64,000 nucleotides of DNA from Macrostomum lignano (lineage: Eukaryota). Under the pieces are notes generated by a model that saw only the letters and a program-made list of their open reading frames with translations, was not told the DNA's origin and did no database searches. Below, in pieces: positions 60,331-64,000 of this stretch. How positions within the stretch are numbered: the first letter of the stretch is position 1; each line of letters opens with the position of its first letter. Made by a program: the position numbers and the translations under genes. The stretch spans positions 1 through 64,000 of the forward strand of contig NIVC01000073.1 of assembly GCA_002269645.1 (NCBI GenBank), in the 5' to 3' direction.

Positions 60331-60547
60331 CTGCGCGACAGGACAGGAATGAGTGCGGCGGTTGAATTCACTTAATAACTCGGCGATTTGTGCATTGAAG
60401 CGAGTCATGAATTGCAGTGAAGATGAATCCGTTTTGAATTAAATTAGTGCTCGACTTTCACCCCAGTTAACTCGATTACTTCAAAGAGGCTTATCATTTT
60501 ACGAGCTCGTATGCCTGTCTTTAGAGTATGTATCTTTGTGTTTATAT

Positions 60548-63575
<3,028 letters not shown>

Positions 63576-64000
63576 TCTCTATGTCTTCCCTGTCTATCTC
63601 CAGTGCCTATCTCTCAGTCTATGTATGCATATGCAGCCATTAGTTTATGAATTTATAAACAGTTATAATTGATTAACTAGTCAGTCAGCTCGGACTGTTC
63701 TCCGTAAACCAAACACGGAGATTTATTTGTCGATTTGACATGAAGCTGCATAGAAGATACATTTAACAGCTTCAACTTTGCCCATGCTTGTCTTCCTTAT
63801 CACTCAATTCCAGTAGAAACCGAACTTATTAGCTAACTATATCGAGTTTGTTTTATTAATGAAGTTACACGGGTGGTTAGATAGGCACATTTAAAGCGAT
63901 AAAACAAAGTTATCTAACTTACTCAGAATTTAGTCAGCCAGTCAGTGGAAGGGGGCTTACTTTGTGCGTAGAATAAATTCATGTATCCATAATACGCATA

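Noticed and set aside
63961-64000. Possible upstream prominin exon ending at a minus-strand GTAAG donor
   Set aside because: The phase-0 frame needed to join 60330 has a stop; the other frames would need an unseen intermediate exon, and the segment is cut by the window edge.

Overview
Metazoan genomic DNA, not prokaryotic. The GC-rich exons, very large intronic minisatellites and RTE/mariner content resemble a Macrostomum-like flatworm assembly (inference only). Three spliced genes can be rebuilt with consistent exon phases. (1) Trifunctional C1-tetrahydrofolate synthase MTHFD1: +, 11 coding exons, 1483-29132, 933 aa. (2) Caprin: -, 5 exons, 42271-34630, 585 aa. (3) A pentaspan prominin: -, 8 exons, 60330-45983, 5' end not found in the window. 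A candidate 67-aa single-pass membrane microprotein lies between the converging 3' ends of MTHFD1 and Caprin. Nearly half of the window is tandem repeat, and almost every intron carries its own 14-51 nt minisatellite. Mobile DNA comprises two head-to-tail Helitron-like elements, three hAT-type non-autonomous elements with 8-bp TSDs, a truncated RTE-like LINE, a 965-bp mariner with intact TIRs and a tRNA/CORE-type SINE. Most unusual observations: (a) three dispersed, diverged 53-70 bp copies of the 28S rRNA segment that is the R2/I-PpoI target, one of them inside a MITE; (b) intronic arrays whose unit looks like a miniature GT-branchpoint-AG intron joined at AG|GT; (c) inverted microsatellite arms that enclose prominin exons. 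Most long ORFs in the supplied track are repeat artefacts.
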